This document shows positions 26,202-35,520 of a DNA stretch of 64,000 nucleotides, in pieces; the stretch's first letter is position 1; every line of letters begins with the position of its first letter. A program made the translations under genes and the position numbers. Origin of the DNA: Candidatus Aenigmatarchaeota archaeon (GTDB lineage Archaea > Aenigmatarchaeota > Aenigmatarchaeia > GW2011-AR5); assembly GCA_016187335.1 (NCBI GenBank), contig JACPJW010000001.1, positions 640,001-704,000 of the forward strand. Direction: 5' to 3'. The notes below the pieces were generated by a model that was not told where the DNA came from, searched no databases, and saw nothing but the letters and a program-made list of their open reading frames with translations.

Positions 26202-26330
26202 ATGGCAAAAGTATGTCCTATGGAAGGCTGCAAAGAGCACGAAGGGATGTGCATTCATGACAAGATGATGGTTGCTGTAGGAGTAATTATAGTGTTATTG
26301 ATAATTGCAAGGTTCTCTGGATTGCTATAA
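26202..26330 (+). CDS. 42-aa Cys/His microprotein with C-terminal TM helix
   Basis: MAKVCPMEGCKEHEGMCIHDKMMVAVGVIIVLLIIARFSGLL; SD GAGGTGA. Confidence 0.7.
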   Translation: MAKVCPMEGCKEHEGMCIHDKMMVAVGVIIVLLIIARFSGLL

Positions 26331-26344
26331 TTATCCGGATAATA

Positions 26345-26360
26345 AATTGTAATTACAATT
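26345..26360. promoter_or_regulatory. Perfect 16-bp palindrome, candidate operator
   Basis: AATTGTAATTACAATT between two Cys-rich micro-ORFs. Confidence 0.45.
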
Positions 26361-26418
26361 ACAGTCGGTTTTACTCTTAAACACTAGTTATAAACACTGC
26401 ATTAGTGAAAAAATTTTT

Positions 26419-26544
26419 ATGAACTGCATTATTTGCGGAAATGCATCTAATCTGCTAGGAACAAAAGGCGGGATAACGGTTTCTTATTGCTCTCGCCATG
26501 CAATAGAATGTGTAAAAGCAGAAGCATCATGCATATGTAGGTAA
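26419..26544 (+). CDS. 41-aa Cys-rich microprotein
   Basis: MNCIICGNASNLLGTKGGITVSYCSRHAIECVKAEASCICR. Confidence 0.6.
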   Translation: MNCIICGNASNLLGTKGGITVSYCSRHAIECVKAEASCICR

Positions 26545-26593
26545 AATCGGATTTAAACCCTAATTATAAAAACTTCTAAAAGAAAACAAAATT

Positions 26594-27136
26594 ATGCTAG
26601 TTAATGCGAAATATGTCCTGCTACTTGTTTTTGTCATTTCAGCTTCGGCTTGTGTTTCTCCGTCGCAGGAACAAGTTTCTACCCAAGGTCAGGCGCAGCA
26701 GACCGACTGGCGCAACGTATCGCTGAAAGACATAAGAAACGGCTCGTCTTTCATGCTGGGCGATTTCCGCGGAAAAGTTGTGGTGATGGAATCAATGGCT
26801 GTCTGGTGCCCGCTTTGCGCTGAACAACAAAGAGAAATCCAAAAAGCCGAGCAACAGCTGAGCAATGAAGATGTCGTTTCAGTGAGCATTGACATAGACC
26901 CCAACGAAGACGAAGCAAAACTGCTTTCGTATGTGCAAAAATCAGGCTTTTCATGGCGCTTTGCCGTCGCGCCTCGCGAATTTTCGCAATCATTGAGCAA
27001 ACAGTACGGGGCGCTTGTGCTGAACCCTCCTTCGACACCTGTAATTATTATTGACAAGAACAGCGAGCCACATCCGCTGCGGTACGGGATAAAGAAGTCT
27101 GACGAGCTTGTTAATGAGATAAAGAAATACATGTAA
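26594..27136 (+). CDS. Exported redoxin/TlpA-like thioredoxin (possible lipoprotein)
   Basis: Signal peptide with Cys; FRGKVVV..MAVWCPLC. Confidence 0.85.
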   Translation: MLVNAKYVLLLVFVISASACVSPSQEQVSTQGQAQQTDWRNVSLKDIRNGSSFMLGDFRGKVVVMESMAVWCPLCAEQQREIQKAEQQLSNEDVVSVSIDIDPNEDEAKLLSYVQKSGFSWRFAVAPREFSQSLSKQYGALVLNPPSTPVIIIDKNSEPHPLRYGIKKSDELVNEIKKYM

Positions 27137-27165
27137 TAGCGGGAAGGAAGCAGCAGGTTGTCTTT

Positions 27166-27828
27166 ATGGCTTCAGAAATCATTACGGCCTTTTTCCTAGG
27201 CATGCTTGCCACGGCCGCTCCGTGCGTCCTGCCGCTTTATCCAGGCTTCCTTGCTTACCTGAGCGCAAGCGGTGGCGGAAAAGTTAAGGTGCAATATCTT
27301 GGCTTCCTCGTTTTTCTCGGCGTGCTTACGATGATGATAGTTCTTGGCTTAATTATTTCATTGCTGAGTGTTGCTGTTGGCAGCGTGATAAGCATAATCA
27401 CACCGCTTGCCGACATCATAATAATACTGATAGGAATTCTGCTTCTGATGAACAAAAATATCTTTGCATCTTTGCCGAAGACGAAAAACCCGCTGATGAA
27501 GAATCCTTATGCCAATGCTTATTCCTACGGGCTGTTATACGGCCCTGTCGCGCTGCCCTGCAGCGGCCCTTTTCTTGTAAGCATCTTCGCAATATCATTC
27601 ACAGCCGCAGATTTTTTCAGCGGCCTTTTACTGTTTTTTGTATTCGGCCTTGGATTCGGCGTGCCGCTTTTCCTTATTTCGCTGGTTGCCAAGGCCAGGC
27701 AGCAGTGGCTTATAGAAACTGTTACGAAGCATCAGGAAAAGATGAACAGGATTGCAGGATCGATTCTGATATTAGTTGGCGCTTATGATTTGTACATCAA
27801 CTGGCAGTTTCTGACGGTTTATTTATAA
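27166..27828 (+). CDS. ccdA: CcdA-family membrane protein
   Basis: TAAPCVLPLYP and VALPCSGP. Confidence 0.88.
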   Translation: MASEIITAFFLGMLATAAPCVLPLYPGFLAYLSASGGGKVKVQYLGFLVFLGVLTMMIVLGLIISLLSVAVGSVISIITPLADIIIILIGILLLMNKNIFASLPKTKNPLMKNPYANAYSYGLLYGPVALPCSGPFLVSIFAISFTAADFFSGLLLFFVFGLGFGVPLFLISLVAKARQQWLIETVTKHQEKMNRIAGSILILVGAYDLYINWQFLTVYL

Positions 27829-28826
27829 AGCTCAGTTTCAGGATGCGCCGTGAGCCATGAAAACCAGTAAGAGCCAAAGCTGCTGATTCTTTCGCCGCTT
27901 TCATCGAATATTTTTACGCCGTTTATTTCCTTGTCCCACAAGACAGTAATTTTCATGCCGCCGACGTCGTCACTGATTTCCAATTTTTCCTTTGAGATAT
28001 TTTCAGGATAAGCTTTTGTTGTGTTGCCGACAATGACTCCATACACGATTTCTTTCGGCCCCAAACGCGTATCGCTGAAATCAACGCCGAATCCGACGAA
28101 ATCGCTTTTTGCAAAGTCAGCATACGGGTCAGCATCGTAATCTCTTCTTATTCCGGTATCTTTTGAAAGCACAAGGATGTCCGTGTGGGCTTTTTTCCAG
28201 TCCTTCCACTTCACCGCTTCCAAGTGTATTGGCTCAAGTTTTGTGCCCGCCAAAGGACCGATTATAGCCTGCCCTATGACTTGCGACCAGTACGTGTCCG
28301 TTTTGTCATCGTACATAACGAGGTTTGCGTTCCATAACTTGCCTGAAGTTCCGAAATTGTATGTAACGCCATCTATGGTTCTTTTGAACGCAATGCCCGT
28401 CCTGCAGAGCGGGCAGTACGTTATCAGAACAGGCTCTCCATTCACGTCGTCGTTTGCTATTTCATGCCAGTTTAGGATCCTGAACGGGTAAGCCTTTACG
28501 GCCCCGTTATATTCAAGCCCCAGAACCATATCGTCGTCGGAAAGCCAATCAGCTTCGCCGGCACTTGTGAATTTCGGGTTAAGCAATGCAGGTATGCCCC
28601 TGTCAAAGCCGATGCCGCCTTTCGCCGGCCCGCCTGCCAGAAGTTCTGACGGATGCACAATGTATTTCGTGCCGTCGGGCAATGTTTTCACCTCTCCGAA
28701 ATCTTGTATCGTTGCTGTTCTTGCTGCTTGCGGCGATAAAAAGCCGCCTGCCAGAAGCAAAATAATCACTAAAACAATAATCAGAGCCGCTCCTACGGAC
28801 AAATTCTGAGGCAGTTTCCTTTTCAT
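27819..28826 (-). CDS. Membrane-anchored DUF3179-family protein
   Basis: GIPALLNPKF, AYPFRILNWHEIAND, ITYCPLC, FGTSGKLWNANLVMYD. Confidence 0.85.
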   Translation of the reverse strand: MKRKLPQNLSVGAALIIVLVIILLLAGGFLSPQAARTATIQDFGEVKTLPDGTKYIVHPSELLAGGPAKGGIGFDRGIPALLNPKFTSAGEADWLSDDDMVLGLEYNGAVKAYPFRILNWHEIANDDVNGEPVLITYCPLCRTGIAFKRTIDGVTYNFGTSGKLWNANLVMYDDKTDTYWSQVIGQAIIGPLAGTKLEPIHLEAVKWKDWKKAHTDILVLSKDTGIRRDYDADPYADFAKSDFVGFGVDFSDTRLGPKEIVYGVIVGNTTKAYPENISKEKLEISDDVGGMKITVLWDKEINGVKIFDESGERISSFGSYWFSWLTAHPETELYK

Positions 28827-28958
28827 TTTCTCTAAAAATAATCGGACTTATGATATTTATTGGTCATGTTTAACCCTGAAGAAGTGACTTAAATCAAAAT
28901 TTTAATAAATAAAATAGATATTTAAGCATTGCGGTCGTAATTATTATTGGTATTCGAA

Positions 28959-29591
28959 ATGAAAAACATAATTGTCGCGCCTGTAGGCAGGAACCTGGAT
29001 GCATTGTTCACCGGTCTTCGCGAATTCCCCACGGAAAAGGTTATTCTGATTGCCACTGAAAATAATCTGGAGCAGGCGAAAAAGGCAAAGCGCGAGCTGG
29101 AGCGGTTTAAGGTACCTTCATCCATAATAGAAATACGCGGCGATTTGTGGGAAGAAACGTTCAAGTTAATAGCGGACATGAAAAAAAGCACGAACAAAGA
29201 AATAATTGTAAATGTTTCGACGGGCGACGAGATCGCTCAGTGCGTTGCGCTGTCTGCCGCTTTCGTCAACGGCCTGAAGGCTTTCGGCGTGAACAAGAAC
29301 GAGGTAATGATGCTGCCCGTGCTGAAGTTTTCTTATTACCGGCTTATACCGGAAAAAAAGATGAAGATACTGCACTTCCTCAGCAATAACCGTGACTGCT
29401 GCTCGTCGTTTGAGGAAATGTCAAAGAAACTAGGCATGAGCCTGCCGCTGCTTTCTTACCACATAAACGGGAATATCAAGAGCGAAGGCCTCAAGCAGAT
29501 GGGTTTGGTTGATACACATAGCAGGAAAGGCCGGCTTGAAGTGAAATTAACAAAACTTGCAGAACTGCTTCTAAAGGGATACATCGCGTAA
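28959..29591 (+). CDS. CARF-like Rossmann + winged-HTH regulator (Csa3/DUF6293-like)
   Basis: IVAPVG...KVILI...IIVNVSTG...ALSAAF N-domain; SLPLLSYHI...LKQMGLV wHTH. Confidence 0.7.
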   Translation: MKNIIVAPVGRNLDALFTGLREFPTEKVILIATENNLEQAKKAKRELERFKVPSSIIEIRGDLWEETFKLIADMKKSTNKEIIVNVSTGDEIAQCVALSAAFVNGLKAFGVNKNEVMMLPVLKFSYYRLIPEKKMKILHFLSNNRDCCSSFEEMSKKLGMSLPLLSYHINGNIKSEGLKQMGLVDTHSRKGRLEVKLTKLAELLLKGYIA

Positions 29592-30299
29592 TTAGCTGAA
29601 ATTCTCAAAAAGCCACCTGACTATGACTTTGTCCACGTTCGTTATAGTTAGCATGTCGGTCCCGTGCGCATTGCCGTTGAAGAGCGATAATGCCTTCTTA
29701 CCGGGCGCATAGAAGTACATGTATTTGGATGAATCCGCAGAATACGCATCGCCTTCCGTTGTTATGAACAGTACGGGCGATGTGTAGTTTTTTATCGTCT
29801 CCTGCGCGTCAACCCCCCTGTAATTGAATCCCGGAGAAAGAAGAATCACGGTTCTTATATCGTCATCGCCGGCGGAGTAGTTCAGAGCAATATTCGCCCC
29901 GATGCTTGCCCCGATTACTGCAAATCTTGTCTTTCCCCTGCTTTCAAGGAATGCCTTTGCCGCGGCTACGTCTTTTTTCATGGATGCGAAATCATCCTCG
30001 GAAAAATCATTCCATGTTATTTTTGCGCCGTTCTGAACAACGCTTTCTCCATGCCCGCGCATGTCTACCGCAAGAACCGTGTAGTTCAGCTTTGACAATG
30101 CCGGGACAAGACCGTTCCAGCTTTCCTTGCTGCTGCCGAGCATATGAAGCAGGATTAAGCCCTTCTCGCTGCCCTCGTAATAATTCCCGTGGATGGCAAA
30201 GCCGTCGCCGGTGGTGAAAGAAACCGCTTCCGCTTTCTGCTGCTGGACGCAGCCCAGTGTTATCAATGAGATGAGCAATAAAAGAAATATTTTTTTCAT
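29592..30299 (-). CDS. Exported alpha/beta hydrolase (lipoprotein-like)
   Basis: TLGC lipobox-like, LLHMLG, VDMRGHG, GASIG nucleophile elbow, AHG. Confidence 0.85.
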   Translation of the reverse strand: MKKIFLLLLISLITLGCVQQQKAEAVSFTTGDGFAIHGNYYEGSEKGLILLHMLGSSKESWNGLVPALSKLNYTVLAVDMRGHGESVVQNGAKITWNDFSEDDFASMKKDVAAAKAFLESRGKTRFAVIGASIGANIALNYSAGDDDIRTVILLSPGFNYRGVDAQETIKNYTSPVLFITTEGDAYSADSSKYMYFYAPGKKALSLFNGNAHGTDMLTITNVDKVIVRWLFENFS

Positions 30300-30351
30300 G
30301 AAAAGGTTTGTCGGCAAAAGATTTTAAATGCTTGGGTTCAGAGATTATAAC

Positions 30352-30783
30352 ATGAATAAAAATATCAGAAATGTTTTTTTGGTTCTTTTTGCAGCCGTCC
30401 TTGTTCTGGGATGTGTCCAGCAGAGCCAAACGCAGCAGCCTCAGGCACAGCCGAACGAGACACATGCGCCTCAGACAAGGCAGTTCAGCATGGTTATAAG
30501 CCACACGTTTTACAATCCGTCAGTGCTAACAGTCAATAAAGGCGATACTGTCGTCATTAAAGCCGTGGCAGCGCCCGGAACTGCTTCGCACCTTCACGGC
30601 ATAACCATAGACGAGTTTGATGTCAACGAGGCTGTCACCTCAGAAGACCCCAACAATCCTGTGGTAATCCAGTTTGTCGCGGACAAGGAAGGGACATTCA
30701 CTATATACTGCCAGACATGCTGGAGCGGGCCTTTCGGCCAGGGTCACCCGCCCATCAAGGCGTTTCTTGAAGTGAAGCCGTGA
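30352..30783 (+). CDS. Exported cupredoxin-domain protein
   Basis: VLGC, YNPSVLTVNKGDTV, HLHGI, GTFTIYCQTC...GH. Confidence 0.8.
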   Translation: MNKNIRNVFLVLFAAVLVLGCVQQSQTQQPQAQPNETHAPQTRQFSMVISHTFYNPSVLTVNKGDTVVIKAVAAPGTASHLHGITIDEFDVNEAVTSEDPNNPVVIQFVADKEGTFTIYCQTCWSGPFGQGHPPIKAFLEVKP

Positions 30784-30793
30784 AGGCGGTTCA

Positions 30794-31498
30794 ATGGAAT
30801 TCCAATTAAAACTTGATGAATACCATTACATGATTATTTTTCTTCTTGTTTCAACGGCTGTCGCAATGTACCAGGCCGGCCAATTTTATCCGCAGGTAAT
30901 CGTAATCCCTGTTATTGCTGCTGTTGCCGACTTTGCAGTGAATTATTACAAGAACAAAAGAAAAGATATCCCGTTTTCAGCCATCATATCCGGACTGATT
31001 ATTGCATCAATAATGCCGCAGCTGTCATTGCCGGTTCAGGTTATAGCCGCGCTTCTTGCCGTTGTGCAGAAGCACGTCATACGCTGGAAAGGTTCTCACA
31101 TCTTCAATCCCGCCGCCTTTTCTGTTCTGATAACATCGCTTTTGTTTTCAACAGCGCCATCATGGTGGATTGCGGTTTCCCCGGTGGTGCTGGTATTCCT
31201 CCTGACTGCGAACATGGTCCGAAGGCTCCCGATAGCAGTATCATTCTATGCGTTTCATGTCCTCCTGTCCGGCGCTTCAATCGCCGCGATGCTTGACTAC
31301 ACCGCGATATTCTTCGCGCTTGTCATGGCTGTGGAGCCTAAGACAACGCCGCTGTCGCAGAAAGGCATGGTGGTATTCGGCGCGTGGATCGCCGTTCTTT
31401 CTGCTGTCGTCCACTACACAGGCTTGAGCATTGACCCGTTCATTATCGCGCTCCTTGTCATGAACATTTTCAGGAGATACCTGAATACTATAAAGTAA
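30794..31498 (+). CDS. Stand-alone RnfD/NqrB-like membrane protein
   Basis: AIISGLII, HIFNPAAF, MAVEPKTTP; no other rnf/nqr subunits in the window. Confidence 0.7.
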   Translation: MEFQLKLDEYHYMIIFLLVSTAVAMYQAGQFYPQVIVIPVIAAVADFAVNYYKNKRKDIPFSAIISGLIIASIMPQLSLPVQVIAALLAVVQKHVIRWKGSHIFNPAAFSVLITSLLFSTAPSWWIAVSPVVLVFLLTANMVRRLPIAVSFYAFHVLLSGASIAAMLDYTAIFFALVMAVEPKTTPLSQKGMVVFGAWIAVLSAVVHYTGLSIDPFIIALLVMNIFRRYLNTIK

Positions 31499-32218
31499 TC
31501 AGAAAAGCTGGAAGCCTGCAATGGCCAGGACAGCAAGCAGAGACGGTATATGAATCATGTATATTGCCAGCGAGTTTCTTCCGAGGAAAGCAACAAAGGA
31601 AAGGAAGGGGTTTTTTGTCTCGCTTACCCTGAAATTCCTTTTCCCGTTTTTGTATAATGCCCCGCTGAAAGTTATGCCAATCAGAAAGAACCCGAACCAC
31701 GGCAGCATCGGGAAATAATCAAGCGTTGCGAAGTTATGCGGCTGCAGCCCGAGCCACAGCAGCCACGGGGAATCAAAGGAAAAGCTGCTTAGGTAAATGC
31801 CCGCAGCAATGAAGGCAAGACCCAAAAGGATGTTCCATTTTCCAAACCGAAGGAAGAAGGGGGATATGACAACAGAAATTCCTATCAGATGCAGGATTCC
31901 GAACCAGACAGTCTGGCCCGGGACAAAAATCCATGTAACAAGGGTTATCGCCATTCCGAGCAGGAAAATTTTCATGCCCCGCATCTCACCTCTATGATGA
32001 AAATTTTTCTTCTTTCTGCCATAGCTCACCGCCAGAGATATTCCAGCTATGGTTATGAACAATGTGCCGACGAAGCGCGGGAACCAGAACCAGAATATTT
32101 CTCCGGCAGAAAAATTATAAACGCCGAAATAGCGCAGCGCGAAGGCATAGTTGAATATTATCATCAGGATTACGGCAAGGCCCCGAGCAAAATCAAGCTC
32201 CCGGAAGCGTTTTGGCAT
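31499..32218 (-). CDS. DUF1624/HGSNAT-like membrane acyltransferase
   Basis: RFRELDFARGLAVILM, FGILHLIG, DYFPMLPW, FLGRNSLAIY. Confidence 0.85.
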   Translation of the reverse strand: MPKRFRELDFARGLAVILMIIFNYAFALRYFGVYNFSAGEIFWFWFPRFVGTLFITIAGISLAVSYGRKKKNFHHRGEMRGMKIFLLGMAITLVTWIFVPGQTVWFGILHLIGISVVISPFFLRFGKWNILLGLAFIAAGIYLSSFSFDSPWLLWLGLQPHNFATLDYFPMLPWFGFFLIGITFSGALYKNGKRNFRVSETKNPFLSFVAFLGRNSLAIYMIHIPSLLAVLAIAGFQLF

Positions 32219-32251
32219 ATAATTAAATTTGCAAAGGAACGTTAAAAGCAG

Positions 32252-33010
32252 TTATTTCAGAGTGAATTTTATTCTTTCAAATTCGTCTATTTTTCTCTTT
32301 GCGGATTTTAGGTATCTGTATGTTTTCTGTATTCTGATGGCAACCTTGTCTGCATAGGCCTCTTCTTCATCTGAATCGTGGTGAAACCTTGCCAGCAGCG
32401 AAAGCGGCGAGAAAAATTTAAGCAGAGAAAAAGACAGTTTTAATACAGATGCCTTGCGTTTCAGATGCCCAAGTTCATGCAGTATTACAGCTTCTATCTC
32501 TTTTTTGTTAAGAAGGTCAATAAGCCCTGCAGAAAGGAATATCATTGATTTGAATGATCTGAAAGAAAATGCGACGGGGTTCGCGTTGTCGATTACGTAA
32601 ACCTTCGGCATTCTGATTTTCATCCTTGTAGAATGTTTCTCTACAAATCCGACTACGTGAAAATTCTCCACCTCGTATTTTCTGCTGAAGAACATGTAAA
32701 AGCCGGGTATAACTAAAAAACCTGCTACCGTGCTAATTAAAAGCGTTGTTGGAAGCGCCAGTGAAACTAAGTTCAAAAGGCTGTTTGTACATGCGCAAGT
32801 GAAACTGCACATAGTGGCATTTGTAGTCAAGACTACGAATGGGAAAAACAGGAAAATTAAATGGCCGTAAATAAGCCCGATTTTCGATTTTGTTGAAAGC
32901 TTGGATTTCTTCAGAACCAGCAGCGTAATTATGGCAAGCAAAAGGGAGCTTGCCATCAGCAGTAATTTGTCGGGGTCTATAGAAAACCCGGCATAGCACG
33001 CGTCCAACAT
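32252..33010 (-). CDS. BlaR1-like (M56/M48) membrane zinc metalloprotease without a penicillin-binding domain
   Basis: TM segments, PVAFS, ILHELGH (HExxH), EEAYAD; coupled to blaI. Confidence 0.82.
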   Translation of the reverse strand: MLDACYAGFSIDPDKLLLMASSLLLAIITLLVLKKSKLSTKSKIGLIYGHLIFLFFPFVVLTTNATMCSFTCACTNSLLNLVSLALPTTLLISTVAGFLVIPGFYMFFSRKYEVENFHVVGFVEKHSTRMKIRMPKVYVIDNANPVAFSFRSFKSMIFLSAGLIDLLNKKEIEAVILHELGHLKRKASVLKLSFSLLKFFSPLSLLARFHHDSDEEEAYADKVAIRIQKTYRYLKSAKRKIDEFERIKFTLK

Positions 33011-33011
33011 T

Positions 33012-33395
33012 CTACTTCCTCTTTGAAAACCTTTTATAAAAGTAATTGGCTGCGACAGTTCCAAAGTTGTTCATAAGCTTGTTTACAGTATGTTCAATAA
33101 CTGACTCCTCGAATTCATGCTTTGTCTTTTTAGGATAATAAATATAATGTCCGCCACCACGACCTTTCTCTATTGTTCTGGATACTATGCCTTTCTGGTG
33201 AAGCCTGTCAAGGGTTACCGCAACGCTTGTCAACGCAAAATTTCTGTTTCTTTTCAATAGCCTGTGAAGTTCTGCGACACGGGCTTTGTCCATTTTCCAC
33301 AGAAGGAGCAATATTTCTGTTTCCAGCGGGCTCAAAAGAGTTTTCACGCCCTTTCTGTCTAACCTTAATTTATTTACCTTCATCATAGAAACCAT
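33012..33395 (-). CDS. BlaI/MecI/CopY-family repressor
   Basis: LSPLETEILLLLW, ALTSVAVTLDRLHQKG, YIYYP. Confidence 0.88.
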   Translation of the reverse strand: MVSMMKVNKLRLDRKGVKTLLSPLETEILLLLWKMDKARVAELHRLLKRNRNFALTSVAVTLDRLHQKGIVSRTIEKGRGGGHYIYYPKKTKHEFEESVIEHTVNKLMNNFGTVAANYFYKRFSKRK

Positions 33396-33456
33396 GTTTT
33401 TAATTTAATTTCAGGAACAGTATATTTTATGAATATGTATCCAGTTTCTTAAATAC

Positions 33457-33541
33457 TTTACAAAATCTGTAAATCTTGCGAGAACCAAAAATATTTAAAT
33501 AACCCCGAATAAGATATTTAAAGCTTTACATAACTTGTAAA
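33457..33541. promoter_or_regulatory. Twin TTTACA-N5-TGTAAA operators in the divergent promoter region
   Basis: TTTACA-AAATC-TGTAAA (33457-33473) and TTTACA-TAACT-TGTAAA (33525-33541). Confidence 0.75.
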
Positions 33542-33557
33542 TGTATTCGGTGATTGC

Positions 33558-34931
33558 TTGAAGAAAAAACGCCCCAATACAAGCTATATGACTGACGAAG
33601 AAAAAGAAGCTTACGAGAAACTCCAAGAAAAGTTTGAGCTCGTGCCGAAGAAAGAGCAAAAGAAAAGAATTTCTAAAAAATCCACCCATGATTCTGAGAA
33701 TGTTGTTTTGCATACAATAGGCATCGTAAAGCAGCCTCTTTACGCAAAAACTTTCGCCACAAGCGCTATACTGTTTGGAATTCTGTACACATTTTTATAC
33801 GGCCTATGGAGGATACCAGTTATAGATTTCGGATTTAACAGGTTCTCTGCTGTAGGGATTTTAGATTATGCGTATCTGCTTATTATTACGGCCATCACGG
33901 GCTTGATGTTTGCTTTGTTCAAGTATGAAAGGGTTCAACACGTCAAATCAGGTTCCAAAGCTGGTTTGGGCGGCAGCGGATTGGCGGGTATTGTGTCGGC
34001 TATCTGCCCGGTCTGCCAAGGCATAACGATAACCGCATTGGGAGGAACAATAGCCACATTGCCGCTTGCATTCCTTGTCCCTTACATAGGATTAATCCAA
34101 CTTATGACAGTTTTGATTTTAGGTTTCGCGCTTTACCTAAAAGCTAACAGCGTATATACGCAAACCTGCATAACGTGCAAAGTTAAGGTTGATAAAAAAT
34201 TGCACACAGAAATTCCTTCTACGGGCACACCAAAAGCGAAAGAGCCCTTTTTGTACAGGAATAATATCGCTTTTGGCGCTTTGATTGTTTTGGTTTTGAT
34301 GCTTGTTGCAAATAATTTTCTTATAACAACTGCTTACGCAAATGCCGGCGCATCTGCCGGCCTAAACGGCGACAGCGTATCTTTGAAAACGGGATTTGAA
34401 TACGGCTCTAAAGTTACGCTAAAGCCAATGCCTTTGGCAACCGGCGAAAGCCCGCGATTTCAGGGGTATAGAACAATAGTAAAGCCTTTGCCGACCATCA
34501 GCGAATTATCATTATCTCCGCCGACTGGTGACGTAGTTCAGGACCTTGTGAATAACGTTGTTCCAAGAGGGACACCATGGTACGGGCAAGAGGCGGGCGT
34601 AACATTTGACGACCCAATACAAGCGCAGCAGCTCTGGGCAAAAGGCAGGGCAATCCAGCTCGATGCTGCAGAGGAACAGCGATGGAGCAGGATAGTCAAT
34701 TCATTCACATGCGACTACTGCTGTGGCTCTCCGCAGAATCCAACTATCATAACAAGGTGCGGTTGTGCGCACTCGGCAGCTGCGCAGGGCATGGCAAAAT
34801 GGTTTGTAAAGAATTACGGAGACAAATACTCTGACGAAGAAATATACGGCGAAATGGCAAGATGGTATGCGTTGTGGTATCCCGGTCCTACAGTAAAGAG
34901 AATTGCAGAGGAGTTGCAGGCGGCAAATTAG
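33558..34931 (+). CDS. Uncharacterised multi-TM protein with CPVC and a C-terminal Cys-cluster domain
   Basis: ICPVCQG in TM region, TCITC, FTCDYCCG...RCGCAHS. Confidence 0.8.
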   Translation: MKKKRPNTSYMTDEEKEAYEKLQEKFELVPKKEQKKRISKKSTHDSENVVLHTIGIVKQPLYAKTFATSAILFGILYTFLYGLWRIPVIDFGFNRFSAVGILDYAYLLIITAITGLMFALFKYERVQHVKSGSKAGLGGSGLAGIVSAICPVCQGITITALGGTIATLPLAFLVPYIGLIQLMTVLILGFALYLKANSVYTQTCITCKVKVDKKLHTEIPSTGTPKAKEPFLYRNNIAFGALIVLVLMLVANNFLITTAYANAGASAGLNGDSVSLKTGFEYGSKVTLKPMPLATGESPRFQGYRTIVKPLPTISELSLSPPTGDVVQDLVNNVVPRGTPWYGQEAGVTFDDPIQAQQLWAKGRAIQLDAAEEQRWSRIVNSFTCDYCCGSPQNPTIITRCGCAHSAAAQGMAKWFVKNYGDKYSDEEIYGEMARWYALWYPGPTVKRIAEELQAAN

Positions 34932-34941
34932 GCATGATTTT

Positions 34942-35469
34942 ATGGCAAAAAGAAAGAACAAAATCAGCGATAAAATGATTGGAATTATGATGGGTATAGC
35001 TTTCACGCTCAGCGCCATAGGGATAATCAATGCAGCATATGTTTTCTTTGCGCACAAAAATGAAGGAAATTCTATGATGGATTCAGGAGGTAGGATGCCT
35101 ATGATGATGAGTTTCTCATATTCATCTCCTGATAATGCCGCCATACAAAGCCAGCAGCAAGAAGAACAAGAAGGCAAAAAGTTTTTGGATAACCTAAACA
35201 ACAAAATAGTTGTCTGTCCACAACTCAAGAATGCAGATTTTGAGAAAATTGGTGAATATTTTATGGGTCAATCCATTGGAGATACTTCGAGGCACATTGC
35301 CATGAATGAAATGATGAAATCAATGATGGGAGAACAGGGGGAAGAACAAATGCATATCGCAATGGGCAAGCGAATGAGTAATTGCGAACCTGACGCACCA
35401 ATGCCTCAAAATATGATGGGCAGCGACATGATGTCTGGAAATATGATGCGCTCAATGATGATGGGTTAA
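34942..35469 (+). CDS. Met/His-rich membrane-anchored protein
   Basis: GEYFMG...HIAMNEMMKSMMGEQGEEQMHIAMGKRMSNC...MMRSMMMG. Confidence 0.8.
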   Translation: MAKRKNKISDKMIGIMMGIAFTLSAIGIINAAYVFFAHKNEGNSMMDSGGRMPMMMSFSYSSPDNAAIQSQQQEEQEGKKFLDNLNNKIVVCPQLKNADFEKIGEYFMGQSIGDTSRHIAMNEMMKSMMGEQGEEQMHIAMGKRMSNCEPDAPMPQNMMGSDMMSGNMMRSMMMG

Positions 35470-35520
35470 TAGTGGTGATTCAATGGAAAATAAAAAGAAA
35501 AAGAAAGGAGGCTGTTGCTG

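Noticed and set aside
27819-28826. Selenocysteine recoding in DUF3179 or redoxins
   Set aside because: All CxxC motifs use Cys codons; no in-frame TGA at those positions
28959-29591. CRISPR-Cas locus implied by the CARF-like gene
   Set aside because: No cas genes or repeat-spacer array recognised anywhere in the window
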